A stretch of 64,000 nucleotides of DNA, from assembly GCA_051294375.1 (NCBI GenBank), contig CM119264.1:1223923-1287922 (forward strand). Reading direction: 5' to 3'. Positions 46,207 to 59,350 of this stretch are shown here, piece after piece (position 1 is the first letter of the stretch; the number at the start of each line of letters is the position of its first letter). The DNA is from Paraspadella gotoi. Lineage: Eukaryota > Animalia > Chaetognatha. A model generated the notes under the pieces. That model saw only the letters and a list, made by a program, of their open reading frames with translations, made no database searches and was not told the DNA's origin. The position numbers and the translations under genes were made by a program.

Positions 46207-46499
46207 GGTCGATGTTTTGATGTCTTCGTTGGCGGAAATTCGTAGCAGAAGAAATATTTATTTATCTTTAAAAGAGAACCTTCTTCAGCGCAGTTTAGGA
46301 CAGTTATGGACAGAATCTTTGTAAATAATTTTTTGCTTCGATATTTGATTTTTTTGATCTTTGATTTTTTTTTAAATTAGGATAGAGAAATTGCGAAGGA
46401 AGATAAGAAGGGAGAGAGAGAAAGAGTGAGAGGAGTGCAGAGAGGGAATGAATGGAGAGAAGTCGCCGTTTGAGTCGACGAGGAGAGAGAGAGAGAGAT

Positions 46500-46549
<50 letters not shown>

Positions 46550-46794
46550 AGAGGAGACAGAAGAGAGAGAGAGAGTGCCGCGATTTGAAATCTGAAAAAA
46601 AAAAGAAAATCGAGAACAACAACAACAAAATATTCGGAGTGAATGAACGGAGAAAATAATAAAGGAAAAGAGAAGAAAAGAAAAAAGAAAGGAAGAGAAA
46701 AAGAAAAGGAAAAAAAAATGAAGAGGAAAAAGCCAGAAAAGAAAAGGATTCCATGAGGCGATAATCGTGAATCGAGAGCGAAAAATCGTGAATG

Positions 46795-46824
46795 CGTGAG
46801 AATTCGGGATCCGAGATTCTCACA
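46795..46824. promoter_or_regulatory. Paired head-to-head CSL/Su(H) sites upstream of HES
   Basis: CGTGAGAA (46795-46802), 14 nt, then TTCTCACA (46817-46824). Both match YGTGRGAA and lie ~590 bp upstream of the HES ATG. Confidence 0.6.
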
Positions 46825-47814
46825 GTGAAAGAGAGNNNNNNNNNNNNNNNNNNNNNNNNNNNNNNNNNNNNNNNNNNNNNNNNNNNNNNNNNNNNNNNNN
46901 NNNNNNNNNNNNNNNNNNNNNNNNNNNNNNNNNNNNNNNNNNNNNNNNNNNNNNNNNNNNNNNNNNNNNNNNNNNNNNNNNNNNNNNNNNNNNNNNNNNN
47001 NNNNNNNNNNNNNNNNNNNNNNNNNNNNNNNNNNNNNNNNNNNNNNNNNNNNNNNTTCAAAATGGGAAAGAAAGAAGAAGAGACATTATTTTTAGCAAAT
47101 CGTGTAAATCATGNNNNNNNNNNAGAGAGACAAAAGAATCCAAGGGACTTTTTCCAGAACAAAAATCCTTTTGTTGTCGATTTTTTTTATTATTATTTTT
47201 TCTTTCCAAATTCACTTTTCTTTTTTTATTTCAGACTAAACACTAAACCCATTTTTTCCGTCTCGTGTTTGAGTCTGGCAACGAAAGCAACATTTTGTTG
47301 TGAAATTCAAAAAAACAAATAATAGAAAAACGGGAAGAAATGTTTTTTTTTTCAAAATGGGAAAGAAAGAAGAAGAGACATTATTTTTAGAGAATCGTTT
47401 AATCATGACGCGATTCAATTACATTTTATCCTTATTTTAAAATTTTAAATTTATTAATTTCTTTTACATTCCTATTCCTCTTCTTCCTCATGTTTACTTA
47501 ATTTCCCGATGAGCTTACCGTATTTCAGTATTACAGTATACCCTACTGTTTGCCAGATCTGGCATAATTTCAGACATTTAGCCAGTAAAAAAAATGATTC
47601 TGGCATATAGCATACAAACAGGCATATGCAAATCTGAAAAACAATTTAAAGTTTTCTGATTTACAGCTTTGAACAAAGTATGAAAAACACTTCCTCTAGC
47701 AATATAAATCTGAATCAAATATCAATTTGCTAATTTTATTTTTAGTCGGATCTGCTTATTAGCAGATCCGACTCTATAATTTAAGCTTTGTCGGTCCGTC
47801 GGTCCGCCCCCCAC

Positions 47815-49545
47815 TAACCCACCTCACCGTCAGGTGAGAGGAGGGCTATCGGCAGGCCTATAGGCCAGAGAGATATTAGAGTGGCACTAGGCATCTTTCC
47901 AGGAGGATCCTTACCAGATCCTAAAATGTCTTCGCTCTACAATCATATATGTCTCAGCCAATGACAACCAATGACCCGATCCTATAGCCAACGTCCCACC
48001 TTTGCCTGGCCGGGGGGGGAGCTCATTTTGAGCTCTTTTCTTACCTTAATTTTCACTACACTTTTACTTACTATCCCTCATTACTTATTCTTCCTTCAAT
48101 TTCAACCTTTATTTATTTAATTAATTAATTTATCATTTTTCATTGTTATTATTAGTTTAAATTTTAAGTCTGTTAATTTATTCTCTTTCCTTTTATCATT
48201 GTTGTACATTGTCCCATGTAAAGATTTTTTCTCTCTCTTTCTCTCTCTCCCATTCTCCCTCAATTTCAAATTTTCACCAACCACTCCTCCCCTTCTTGCC
48301 TTCACCTGTCTCACAATCTGACCACTATCCTTACTCAATTCTTTGTTGGAAACTCGTCGTCTTCTCTCTCTCTCTCTCTCTCTCTTTCTTATTTGTCAAA
48401 ATTAGAATGTTTGTTTTTTTATTTCTGAAATATTATGAACAAAATGAATGAAGCTCGTGTCATCAATGTTGCCGTCGATCTCTTTGTCATTATCGGCGTC
48501 GTCGTCGTTGTCGAGACATCTTCCGCGTCAAAGTACTGTTTATCTTCCTGTTGGGTGTAGTTTTTAGTTGCGCCGTGAGTACTCGCGGAGCAACTCTATA
48601 AGTCACTTTTTGGTCGGTCGGTCGGTATGTCTGTCCGTCGGTCTGTCCCACTTACGTTAAAAATTTCACTATAGTTGGTTGCTCATTTGTTAAGGCAAAA
48701 AAAACTCCAATCTCAGGGACTACTTGCGCCGCCTTCAGGAAATCCTAAAACTATAAGGAATAAAAGACGTAATTTTGATGCAGTGCATGTCAAAATACAC
48801 GGGCTAAGAAGGTTATTGTAGTCATTCATTCATTCATTCATTCATTCATTGTCACGTCTTGTCACGTAATGTCATGTCATGACATATCATGAGAAATACA
48901 CGTGATAAGATAGTCACAAATTGTAGTCGGGCGTTGCCCAAGTTCACCCCACCTGTGGGCTTGACACCTTCAGTCGTGACCCGGTGGCTCATTGAGTAAA
49001 GCCATCTGCTTTCAACCCCAACCCGGTACCTAACCTTCGGGACTAAGACGTAGTAAAATTTCTAAATTTCTCCTCGCCCACCAAAAAGACGGTTACAGGA
49101 TGAAGAGAGGGAGTCTGTAATTCCCGTTGCAAAACAGGCAAAAACAGACCACCGCCTGCCTCGCCAACAGGTGAGATGAGGTCAGTCGACAGGCCTGAGA
49201 GATATTTGAGTTGCACTTGGCCTCTTTCCGCCTGGGTCTCTACCAGACCCGTCCATGTCGCACTCCACCACAATAGCCTCTCAGCCTACGGCAAACCAAT
49301 GACCCGACCACATCGTCAGCATCCTCCATTGTTGACCCGGGGGGGGGCAGCTCATTTTGAGCTTTTTCTTTTTCTTATTTTTCACTTACTCTTTCACTTA
49401 CCTATCCCTCAACATATTTATTTCCATTTCATCTAAATTTCACTTCTTTATTTATTTTAATCTGAATTAATTTAATATTTTAGTTTAAGTCTGTTTACTT
49501 ATTTATTAAATTTACTATTGTTGTACATTATCTTATGTAATTTTT
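47815..49545 (+). repeat. Two diverged copies of a ~380-bp repeat (~47830-48220 and ~49168-49540)
   Basis: Shared blocks AGGTGAGA.., CAATGACCCGA, GGGGGGGG(C)AGCTCATTTTGAGCT and TTGTTGTACATT. Confidence 0.7.
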
Positions 49546-51034
49546 CTTACCAAATGCTAACAAATGTGAAATCCTTTCTGTCGTCGCGTTTTTGAATTAG
49601 AAAGAGTTTGAAGCAACGATTTTTTTTTAAACAGTGAAAATGTTTTTTTTTTCAATATCTATCTCTCTCTCTCTGGCCTAAACCTAACCTGTCTTCACCT
49701 CGACCTCTATCCTTTTCTCAAATCTTTGTTGAAAATTTTTCTCTCTCTCTTTCTCTCTCTTTCTCTCTCTCTCTCTTCCCTTACTCTCACCTAATTCTCA
49801 CTCTCTCTTCCTTTCTCTCCTCTCTCTCCCAAATATTTCTTGTGAAGTAAAAAACTGTTGACAATTCAAAAATGCGGATGAAGACTTGAATTAAAGGTTG
49901 AAACATGTTCACTGTTTAAAATCTGATACAAATATAAGATCAGTTTTAATAAGCTGTATAAACTTTATTAATTAGTTTTTTTCTATTTAGTTTCATTTAA
50001 CTTTAGTCCCAAGGGTTTTAGAAGTAAGACGACTCTTATTCAAACCTTGAGTACATCATATCAAGTTTCATTATAATAAATAATACAGCAAAATAAAATT
50101 ATTAAATATTTTATTGTTTTGACAAGGAATAACAAATATTTAGTATTAATATTAATATATATATATAATATATTAATTCATAGTAGAATTTACAAGTTCA
50201 TTTTGATTCTTATGAACAAATCATTTTTCAAGGCAGTTTTTTTGTATTTTGCTTCTCTCTCTTTCTCTCTCTACCTGACTTTTTCTAGAAAAATTTTACT
50301 TTAAAATGATTAGTTCATAAGAATCAAAATGTTGGCAAAAAAGTAAAAAAAAAATATATCTATAAATCCACCACGAATTGCTTAATACTAAATATTTTTT
50401 TATTCTTGTCAAAAAAAAGTTATATGCTTAATACTAAATAATTAACCCTCCTGTGCATATTGATGTTCTCTTCAACAATGAATAAAGAAATAATATTAAT
50501 TCTGAATTTTAACAGTTACTAAGAAACAAATCTTGTAACATGATTATTTTTTGTCTATTTAGAGCTATGATAGTTTTTTATGATACATATGATAATTATT
50601 TGTGATACAACTATAATATGACAATAAAAACCATTATATTTATAGTTGATCAAAAACTATTAATATTGCGTATTTTATCAGTTTTTGAGCGTCATTTCCG
50701 GTTTTGGACACGCCCACTATGGGTAAGAACATTTAAAAAAAAAAATTAAAATAAAACTTATTAATTATTGAGAGTAACTTAAAATTTAGGCAACTATTAT
50801 TTTTATAAAACTATTTTCTTATCTTGCAATTAAAGAAAAGAGAAAAATTCCATGTTGTAGTCAACGTCAACTTCCGGTCAATTGTGTCTAACGCAAAATC
50901 TGATTGAGGAAACCTTGTTAATCGTTTTAAGCACTTAAAATTATCCTAGAAACTGTACAGGATTGTGAAAATTTTCGACTGCATGGTTAAAAAAAACCAG
51001 TGTAATAAGTACAATAAGTATTCCCCGATCTAAT

Positions 51035-52462
51035 ACTTAAGGGAGTGGTCTTTTCATACAATTGAAACATTCTTTGAAATATTTTCCACTTCATTAATAG
51101 GGAAGCCAGGTACTCTGGTAGTGAATAAACGAGACTGTGAAAGAGTCTTGATTGAAAACTTGCAGGGACCTGCGATGTCATTATCTTGTAAGAGTGATGG
51201 AGGCCTTAAACCACCAAAGCCTGTCCAAAGTCAGGGGCAAGATAGCCTATTTATTAAATGAATGGATAATTTTTATATTGGTTGTACCAATTTCATTAAT
51301 AAATTGATTGATTAATTGACTGAATAATTAATTATTTATTAATTAACTGACTAAATGATTACTAACTGATTAATTATTTGATTAATTAATACATCTGTGG
51401 CGAATCCTAAATTCGCCTACCATATAGCTTGTGAAACTCCGATCATCCCATTTGCTTGGACAGCTATATATGTTCGATTAAAAGAGATATGAAAATAAAA
51501 CAGGTAAATTTGCTCATATTTCATATTTTGCAAAATATTAAAAAAAAATATTTTTAAAATATTACATAAAAATCGAGAAAAAACACTTGCTATTTGTTTG
51601 AAGATAAAGGTGCAATGTGAAGATCTAGTGGGTGTAGATAAAAAATTTTGAATGTTCCTTTGTCTTACAAAAGGCCTCTTGTTTTGTACCGCCCTCTAGT
51701 AATAGGGTCAAATACAAAGAAGATTTATAGTAGCCATAAGCCGATGAATTTAAATGCTAATGTATACAGCGTTAAAATAATCTATCATGACCATAGATTA
51801 TGGTATTAAAATATTTTTTGTCAAAATTGCTTTCTTCTGAGGGTACCCGCCAATTAAAAATATTATATTACTATGAAATTGGTAGCAACCAATAATAAAT
51901 TATCCATTCATTTAATAAATAAGCTATCTTGCCCCTGACTTTGGACAGGCTTTGGTGTTTATAGGCCGTCCATCACTCTTAAAGATAATGCATTAGCAGG
52001 TCCTACAAGCTTTTCATCATCAAGACTCCTCTCCACAGTCCTGTTTATTCACTCCCAGAGTACCTGGGCTTCCCTATCAATGAAGTGGAAATATTTCAAG
52101 AATGTTTCAATGTATGAAGACCACTCCCTTAAGTATTAGATCGGGGAATACTTATTGTACTCCGCACTAGCATCAAAAAATACAAGGAGCTAATTTTTAT
52201 GAATTGGGTACAACGCAATATAAAAAATTATCCCATTCATTTAATAAATAAGCTATCTTGCCCCTGACTTTGGACAGGCTTTGGTGGTTTAAGGCCTCCA
52301 TCACTCTTACAAGATAATGACATAGCAGGTCCCTAAAGCTTTCATCAAGACTCTCCTCACAGTCCTGTTTATTCACTCCCAGAGTACCTGGCTTCCCTAT
52401 CAATGACGTGGAAAATATTTCAAAGAATGTTTCAATTGTATGAAAAGACCCTCCCTTAAGTA
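51035..52462. repeat. Cluster of a ~260-bp dispersed repeat (51035-51297 reverse, 51878-52135, 52202-52462); also ~8030-8115, ~15500-15591, ~43267-43592, ~60220-60465
   Basis: Shared sequence ttggtacaaccaatataaaaattatccattcatttaataaataagctatcttgcccctgactttggacaggc...accactcccttaag. Confidence 0.85.
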
Positions 52463-53735
52463 TTGAGCAAAAAATATTTTTAAAATCTTAAAATTTTTTG
52501 ATGGATTCTGATAGAGCATAAAAGTTAACAAAAAATATAATTAAGGCTTTTTAAAATTCTTTATGTTTCTTAAGTGAAAATATAGAAAAACTGATAAAAT
52601 CATCGAAAGATGATGATGATGATTGATTTTTTCAGTTTTTCTAATTTTTGACACACTTATCGTAAAAATATTTAAAAAAGAATCATACTTTGTGTAGACA
52701 ACTTTTTATGAGCTATCTGAATCTGGTCTTAAATTAAAAAAATCAAAAAAATTTTTTGAACCTTTCTTATCAATAAATAAATATTAAAAAATTAATTACT
52801 AGGGATATAGAGCCATATTAGAAATTTTTTGTCCATTGAAAGTATTCTTAAAAATGTCTAAATATATTCGTCTTGAGCATGTACTCACTCTAAATTTTTG
52901 ACTCACCCATTGAGTGCGGCTACCCTATTAATAGGACTGTTCTTTTGTTTCAGAAAAGATATACTAAAACTAAATTTCATTGTTTTTTTTGTTTTAAAAA
53001 CGCTCTTTTGTTTGTGGAACCACCTGGTTTATTAAGACCAAAACAGGCAAAAATTGGAAATGAGATTAAATGGTAAAAAAAAAACCTGTTTCACTAATTA
53101 ATTAGGCTTCTTTTTTCTTTTTATATTATTTTGAGTTCCGGGTTCAATCCCCTCATGGTCATGCTGGTTAAATTGTGATGGTGTCGGCACAAACTCGCTA
53201 GTGAGTTGGGAGATGCCTCACACCTCACGCATCAACATGTCCCTTCGTTGCCATAATCTTGCATTAACATTTATATAAAAAGAAAAGAAGCATAATTAAT
53301 TAGTGAAACAGGTTTTTTGTTTTACCATTTAATCTCATTTCCAAATTTTTGCCTGTTTTGGTCTTAATAAACCAGGTGGTTCCACAAACAAAAGACGTTT
53401 TAAAACAAAATACAATGAAATTTAGTTTTAGTATATCTTTTCTGAAACAAAAGAACAGTCCTATTAAATCTTCTTTGTATTTTGACCCTATTTCTACTAG
53501 AGGGCTTTACAAAACAGGAGGCCTTTTGTACGACAAAGAAACATTCAAAAATTTTTATCTACACCCACTAGATCTTCACTTGCACCTGCTCTTCAACAAA
53601 GTAGCAAGTGTTTTTTTCGATTTTTTTATTGTAAATATTTTTAAAAATAATTTTTTTTATATTTTTGCAAAATATGAAAATATGAAAATTTACCTGTTTT
53701 ATTTTTTTCATATCTTTTAATGACGACATATATGC
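51466..53735. mobile_element. Foldback element with ~460-bp arms; left arm split by a ~1.2-kb insertion
   Basis: 51466-51730 and 52926-53125 are reverse complements of the contiguous 53272-53735. The loop holds a SINE fragment. Confidence 0.75.
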
Positions 53736-53954
53736 AAGAGAGACAAAAGAATTGAAGCAATATAGAAGAAAAAATCTTAAAAGTATAATGATCTCGCCAG
53801 AAGTAAAAAGTACTATAATCTAATTTGAATATTGCAGTAAGTCATAATTAAATGGAAAGTCAAACAAAAAATATTTGAATTGATATGAAACCAAAAAAAT
53901 GGACACACATTTCATCTTCCTAACTGCCTCACTAATGGAACTTGATTACTAGAT

Positions 53955-54162
53955 AGTTGAAAGTTGAAAAAATTATGCAAATTAAAAAAATTATGCAAGT
54001 TGAAAAAATTATGCAAGTTAAAAAAATTATACAAATTAAAAAAATTATGCAAGTTAAAAAAATTATGCAAATTGAAAAAAATATACAAGTTAAAAAAATT
54101 ATGCAAGTTAAAAAAATTATACAAATTGAAAAAAGTATGCAAGTTGAAAAAAGTATGCAAGC
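53955..54162. repeat. 21-bp minisatellite (aaaaaattatgcaagttg-like), ~10 copies
   Basis: Directly visible. Confidence 0.93.
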
Positions 54163-56030
54163 TAAATTATTATTTTAGTTTTTATAGGTTGTATTAATTA
54201 ATTAATTAATTACCGCTAATGATCGTGGGCGGATCCGGCATTGTTTGCTCAAACTTGTTTTTTACACTTTCATTACAATTCCCATTACAACTATTCCCAT
54301 AGCATGTTGAAACAACTTTACAAGTGCCATACACTCTGGAGTCAGTTTGTTGGTTGGTCTGTTTAAAAATTACTGCTGCGAAACACCTTTGTTTTACAGG
54401 ACTTGACCGGTGATATGGCTTGTCGCGCTATTCACAAAAAGTATCCTTTTTTTCCTCCTTTTTTGTTCTTATCTAAGTGATTTTTCATAAGCTCTAATAA
54501 TAATCACTTCTCTTTACTCTCATAACAGTTTTACATTAAATTAGCTATATAATTTGGCATAATATTTAGCATAGTAATAAAATGGCGATTTGTAGCCTAA
54601 TTTAGGGCGTTATCTAGTTTAAACCAGAAAATGAGACCTTGCTCATATCTGTATTAATGTTAGGGGGCAACATTAAGTTTAAAATCAGATTAAGAGAAAC
54701 ATACTTGAACTATAATAACTATGATTAGATGTGCTCATTCAACGCGTTCTTGCAATGACATGGCTACGAAAAGTGTCTGGTTCTAAATTTAATTTCACCA
54801 TCTATAAAACTTTGAAAAAAAATTTATGAGAACAACATAAAGTATTTATTGAATTTTCGGGGCGACTATGTACAGCGAAACAAGTCCTGAGAATGAGAAC
54901 AAATTTTGGGGAAAAAAGTCACTTTTTTTAATCGGAGGAATTCGAAAGAGTTTATATTTAAGAAAAATACATTGCTACTTTATATTGTAGTTAGACTACA
55001 TGAAACCCTATAGCGTTCGTCTCGAAAACCTCTTCCCAGTTGAAAAAAAAATTAAATTATATAAATATAAAGCAAAAAAAATGTCACGAATAATAAAATT
55101 GACAAAATTTGTCTTTTTTTTTTCAATGAACAAGCGATAATAATTAGAGCACTACGTACAAGGGGTGAGCGACTATACTCAAATCAAAAATATCTCAACG
55201 TTCTTATTTATTGTTAGTTTGATGTGTTTGTTTTTTGTTCGTTTGTTTTTTAAAGGTATGAGAATTTTTGTTTAATTCCACAAAAACGAAATATTGTTGA
55301 GAAGCAAAGTTTATTTTTTTAAAAGATCATTTGAGCTAAAAAAAACCTATGAAGGCGATTAAGATGATGACCGAGTTTATACATAAATTAATTTAATACG
55401 TAATACGTTTATACTTAATGAAAACTTGACATTAACTTAATTTCTATCTACTCAAGATAATTAACATCAAAATAGGTACAAATATTTTTTTTTCCTGAAG
55501 AACAGCGATTTTTTTCAAAATTTAGTTATAATACGAGAACTAACAATTTTATTATTCCAGTTTAAATAATTCGTTGAAAACAAAAACAATAGTTTTTTTT
55601 CGTAATATGTATCTAATTTTAGTAACGAGTACTTTGTCCTCGGGGTCATCAATAAAAAAAAAGAAAATGTTAGAACTATATAGTCTATATATAGTCTATA
55701 TAGTTTATATCACGCACAAAAAAAAAAAGAATTCTTAAATGACGATGATGACGACGATGAAAAAAAATATCGCGGCGGACATTTTGTTTTTGAGAATCTA
55801 CATGCTTTTTATTTTGTTTGTTTGTTTGTTTGTTTTGATTTTCGATGTCATTGAAACCCAAACTCGAATGAGACGATAGAGAAGAAAGGGGGGGGGAGTT
55901 GAACGAATAATAGAGAAGAATAGAAAGGAATAAAAAAAAGAACGAGAGGAAGAAATGAGAAAAATTGAAAAGAATGATTTAAAAATATAAGATATACATG
56001 AGAGCGGGGCTCTAGGTTATGAACTCTATA

Positions 56031-56741
56031 CAGAAGGTTTCATATTATAAAATGAGGTACCCCTTTTTTGTGACCAGAACTCGTTCTGAGAAAACTACTG
56101 GACCAAATTTATTGAAATTTGGAATGAACGATCCCTATGTGAATAAAAATAGAATTTCAATATTTGACCGCTGAGCCGAGATATGGGCCCCCCGGGGGTC
56201 ACCCATGGGGGCAAAAAATGGTCAAAATTTTTTTCCAATTTTTTTATTATTTTTGTTTTGAACAGTTGCACAGACGTTTACTCTTCCACAGAAACGTATT
56301 TATTACTTCAAAAATATTAATTTACCTTAATTTTTAGCTTCATAAACATCAGCAGTTAAAGTAAGATTTGGAATAATTTGGTAAAATTGGAAGTAAAACG
56401 ATGAACCATGCATCTTCAACCTTGCTTAATTATTGCAAATTTATCAATTTTTAGATCTAAAATATTTTTTTCTTATGTTTAAAATGTCAATGTAACTGAT
56501 GCTACTAAAAAATTTTGAAAAATGAAAAAAAATTTAACATTTTTTGGCTCCCCAGGGGTCAACCCCCAGGGCCCAGTATCTCTTGTCAGGGGTTGAATTT
56601 AAAATTCGCCTCGATAGTTCCATTTATATAATCATTAGCACTCTAAATGTAAAATTTCTTTAAATTCAATCGGGTAGTTTGGTGGGAACAGATTCTGGTC
56701 ACAAAAAAGGAGTACTACATTTTATAATATGAAGCCTTCTG
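56031..56741. mobile_element. TA-flanked MITE with ~50-bp TIRs (Tc1/mariner-type)
   Basis: ta|CAGAAGGTTTCATATTATAAAATG...TTTTTTGTGACCAGAA ... TTCTGGTCACAAAAAA...CATTTTATAATATGAAGCCTTCTG|ta. Confidence 0.85.
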
Positions 56742-57080
56742 TATAATTTGTTATGTAACTTCAGTTGTAATGCTTCCTCTGAAAAGCGTGGTAAAACCCA
56801 AAAAGAGGCCTACATTTAAAACAGAATTTAAACCAATGGGATATAAAGGAATTTACTACTATATGCAAATGAGATTGATTAATTCAATCTCAATTTAAGA
56901 ATTTATCTCTTACATGAATTTAAAGTAACAAATCCCCAAAGAATGGGCAATAGAGAAAGATTAGAAAAGAAAAGAAAAGAAAAGAAAAGAAAAGAGAAAA
57001 TAAAACGAAAGTAAAAACTCGTCAAGCAACTCGTCTAGCAAAGGATTAAAGGAGTTAAAAAAATAAAAAGAAAAGAAAAG

Positions 57081-57111
<31 letters not shown>

Positions 57112-57201
57112 CTAAAGTAAAAACTCGTCTAGCGTCACAAGGGAGCAAAGGATTTAAGGAGTTAAAAAAAAATTTTTGTTTGTTTACAAACAAATTTTAT
57201 C

Positions 57202-58995
57202 TCACACGTTATCACAAAATTGTAGATAGTCCGTCAGTGAGCGACGTGGAAGGGGAACGGCGTCCGACGACGACGACGACGACGACGACGAAGCCTCGGC
57301 GGCGGGATTCGAACCCTGGACCTTCGGTTTCGCTAGAGGTGAGGAGGAGGAAAGGCTCCGCGCGTCCAGGGTAAGGTCGACAGGACGGCCAAAGAGGCGG
57401 AGAGAGAGAACGCAGCCTTGGAAAGGGCCGGGTAGGAGGGAAGGGGTTGAGGAGGAGGAGGAGGAGGAGGAAGAGGAGGAGGAAGAGAGGTAGGAGGTAG
57501 GATGGGACTGAGGTACGTCGAGGGCTGGGAAAGAGGAAGAGAACGAGAGACAAAATATTAGTTTTATTTCATTATTGCGTTGTAAAATAGGTATATGAAA
57601 TTGGTATAACCAATATATATGTATTTTTTTTACATATTTCTTTCTCTATTTCTATTTCCTATCATATTTTCAAGGGATTGTGATCGCCTATTTTTTAGGC
57701 AAGTTACAAATTTTTAAAAAATTATATGATTGTATGTATATACATAATTACGGTTTTCTTTGTGATTCTCAGTGTGAAAGGAAACTATATTTCTTTTTAT
57801 TTTACGCCGATTGTAAAGCGAATATACTGTTGATCAATTACTAAATGTATAATTTAATTCATTTCACATTATTTTCCCCCTAACCTTTTCCTCCAATCCA
57901 AACGATTCCATCCGAATGAAACAAATGAGGAGACGATGCCAACCGAAGTTCTTTGATCTCGCCGCCGTCCACCTGGCGGAAGAAAAAAAAATGACAAAGA
58001 ATTAAAAACAAAAGATCCAGATATTTGATATGTATTTGGCCTTATTTTCCTAAAGGTTCCCTTCCGACTTTAGCTAAAATTTCGAATTGAATTAGTTTTT
58101 AAGTTTAAATAAAAGGTAAGGGTTAGAGATAAGGGTAAGGTTAGGGATTAAAATTAAAATTATCAACAGAAATAAGGCGCTTTTGGAAAATAGTATTTAT
58201 TTAGCTTTATTTTCGCAGAATGCCATATTTTATTTTAAATTTGGAATTAAATTTTTTTTTAATTAAACATATGGTTAAAGATAATGGTTAGTGAATAGGT
58301 TAGGATTAGGTTAGGGATTAAAGTTAAGGACTTGGTTAGTAATTTGGGTTAAAGATTTAGATTAGGGACCAGGTTTAAAGATAAAAATTAGGATTAGAGT
58401 TTTCGATTAAATATGGGATAAGGGAATAGAGTTAGGGATTAAGGTTAGTAGTATTAGGATTAAGTATTAGTTTATAAGTTTATGAATACATTTTGGAAAT
58501 ATTAAGGTCAAACTAAAATTTTGGGATAAACGAATCGAAATGGGGCACTGTCGTGGGGCCTGTCCGTAAAAGAGAGCCCAATATTCTCCGAACCTGCAAC
58601 GTGGCGAGACTCGACGTGCGCGAGTGATTTTGACGGAATGTGAATTCTCCGTCGTCGACGCGAGAACAAAGAGAGACCGAAGTCGCATCGTTTCTGTTAT
58701 GAGAAAAACAAACAAAACAAAACAAAACAAAGGACATTGAATGAAAATAGGAGAAACAAATAATATGTCTTGCATCGGCGGTGGTGAGCCGTCGCCGTAA
58801 GGGGAGACAGCTCAGCGTCCGATGGCTGAGGATCGACATCTTGACTCATAGTCGTGACTCTCTAAAAGCTTAAAAATGTGACCCGCAAATGCGATGATTC
58901 TCTGACCCTCTGAATCTCTGAGTACTTTTCTCGATGAAGACTGAAAGACCAATTGGACCAATCCTCTCTCTCTCTTCTCTCTCTCTTCTCTCTCT

Positions 58996-59027
<32 letters not shown>

Positions 59028-59283
59028 TCTCTTCTCTCTCTCTCTTCTCTCACCCAAGGGTTTGGTTTCGAACGAAGACTGAAGACCAACTCGACGAATC
59101 CTCTCTCTAACGACGACAGATAGAAAAGTCGTTTTCGTCGTCGTCGTCGTCGTCGTCGTCTTCGCCGTCGACGTCCGTGTTTGATGATGAACGACGATGA
59201 CGATGATGACGATGATGTTTGTTTTTGAGACGATGACGACGCGTCTCGTTAAAGGACGACGACGACGAGCGACGACGCGACGA

Positions 59284-59350
<67 letters not shown>

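Noticed and set aside
47057-47410. Short direct repeat (47057-47113 vs 47351-47407)
   Set aside because: The first copy is sandwiched between two N gaps and is probably a scaffolding artefact.
53912-54197. KKLCKL / FFNLHN repeat ORFs
   Set aside because: These are translations of a 21-bp AT-rich minisatellite with no gene context.
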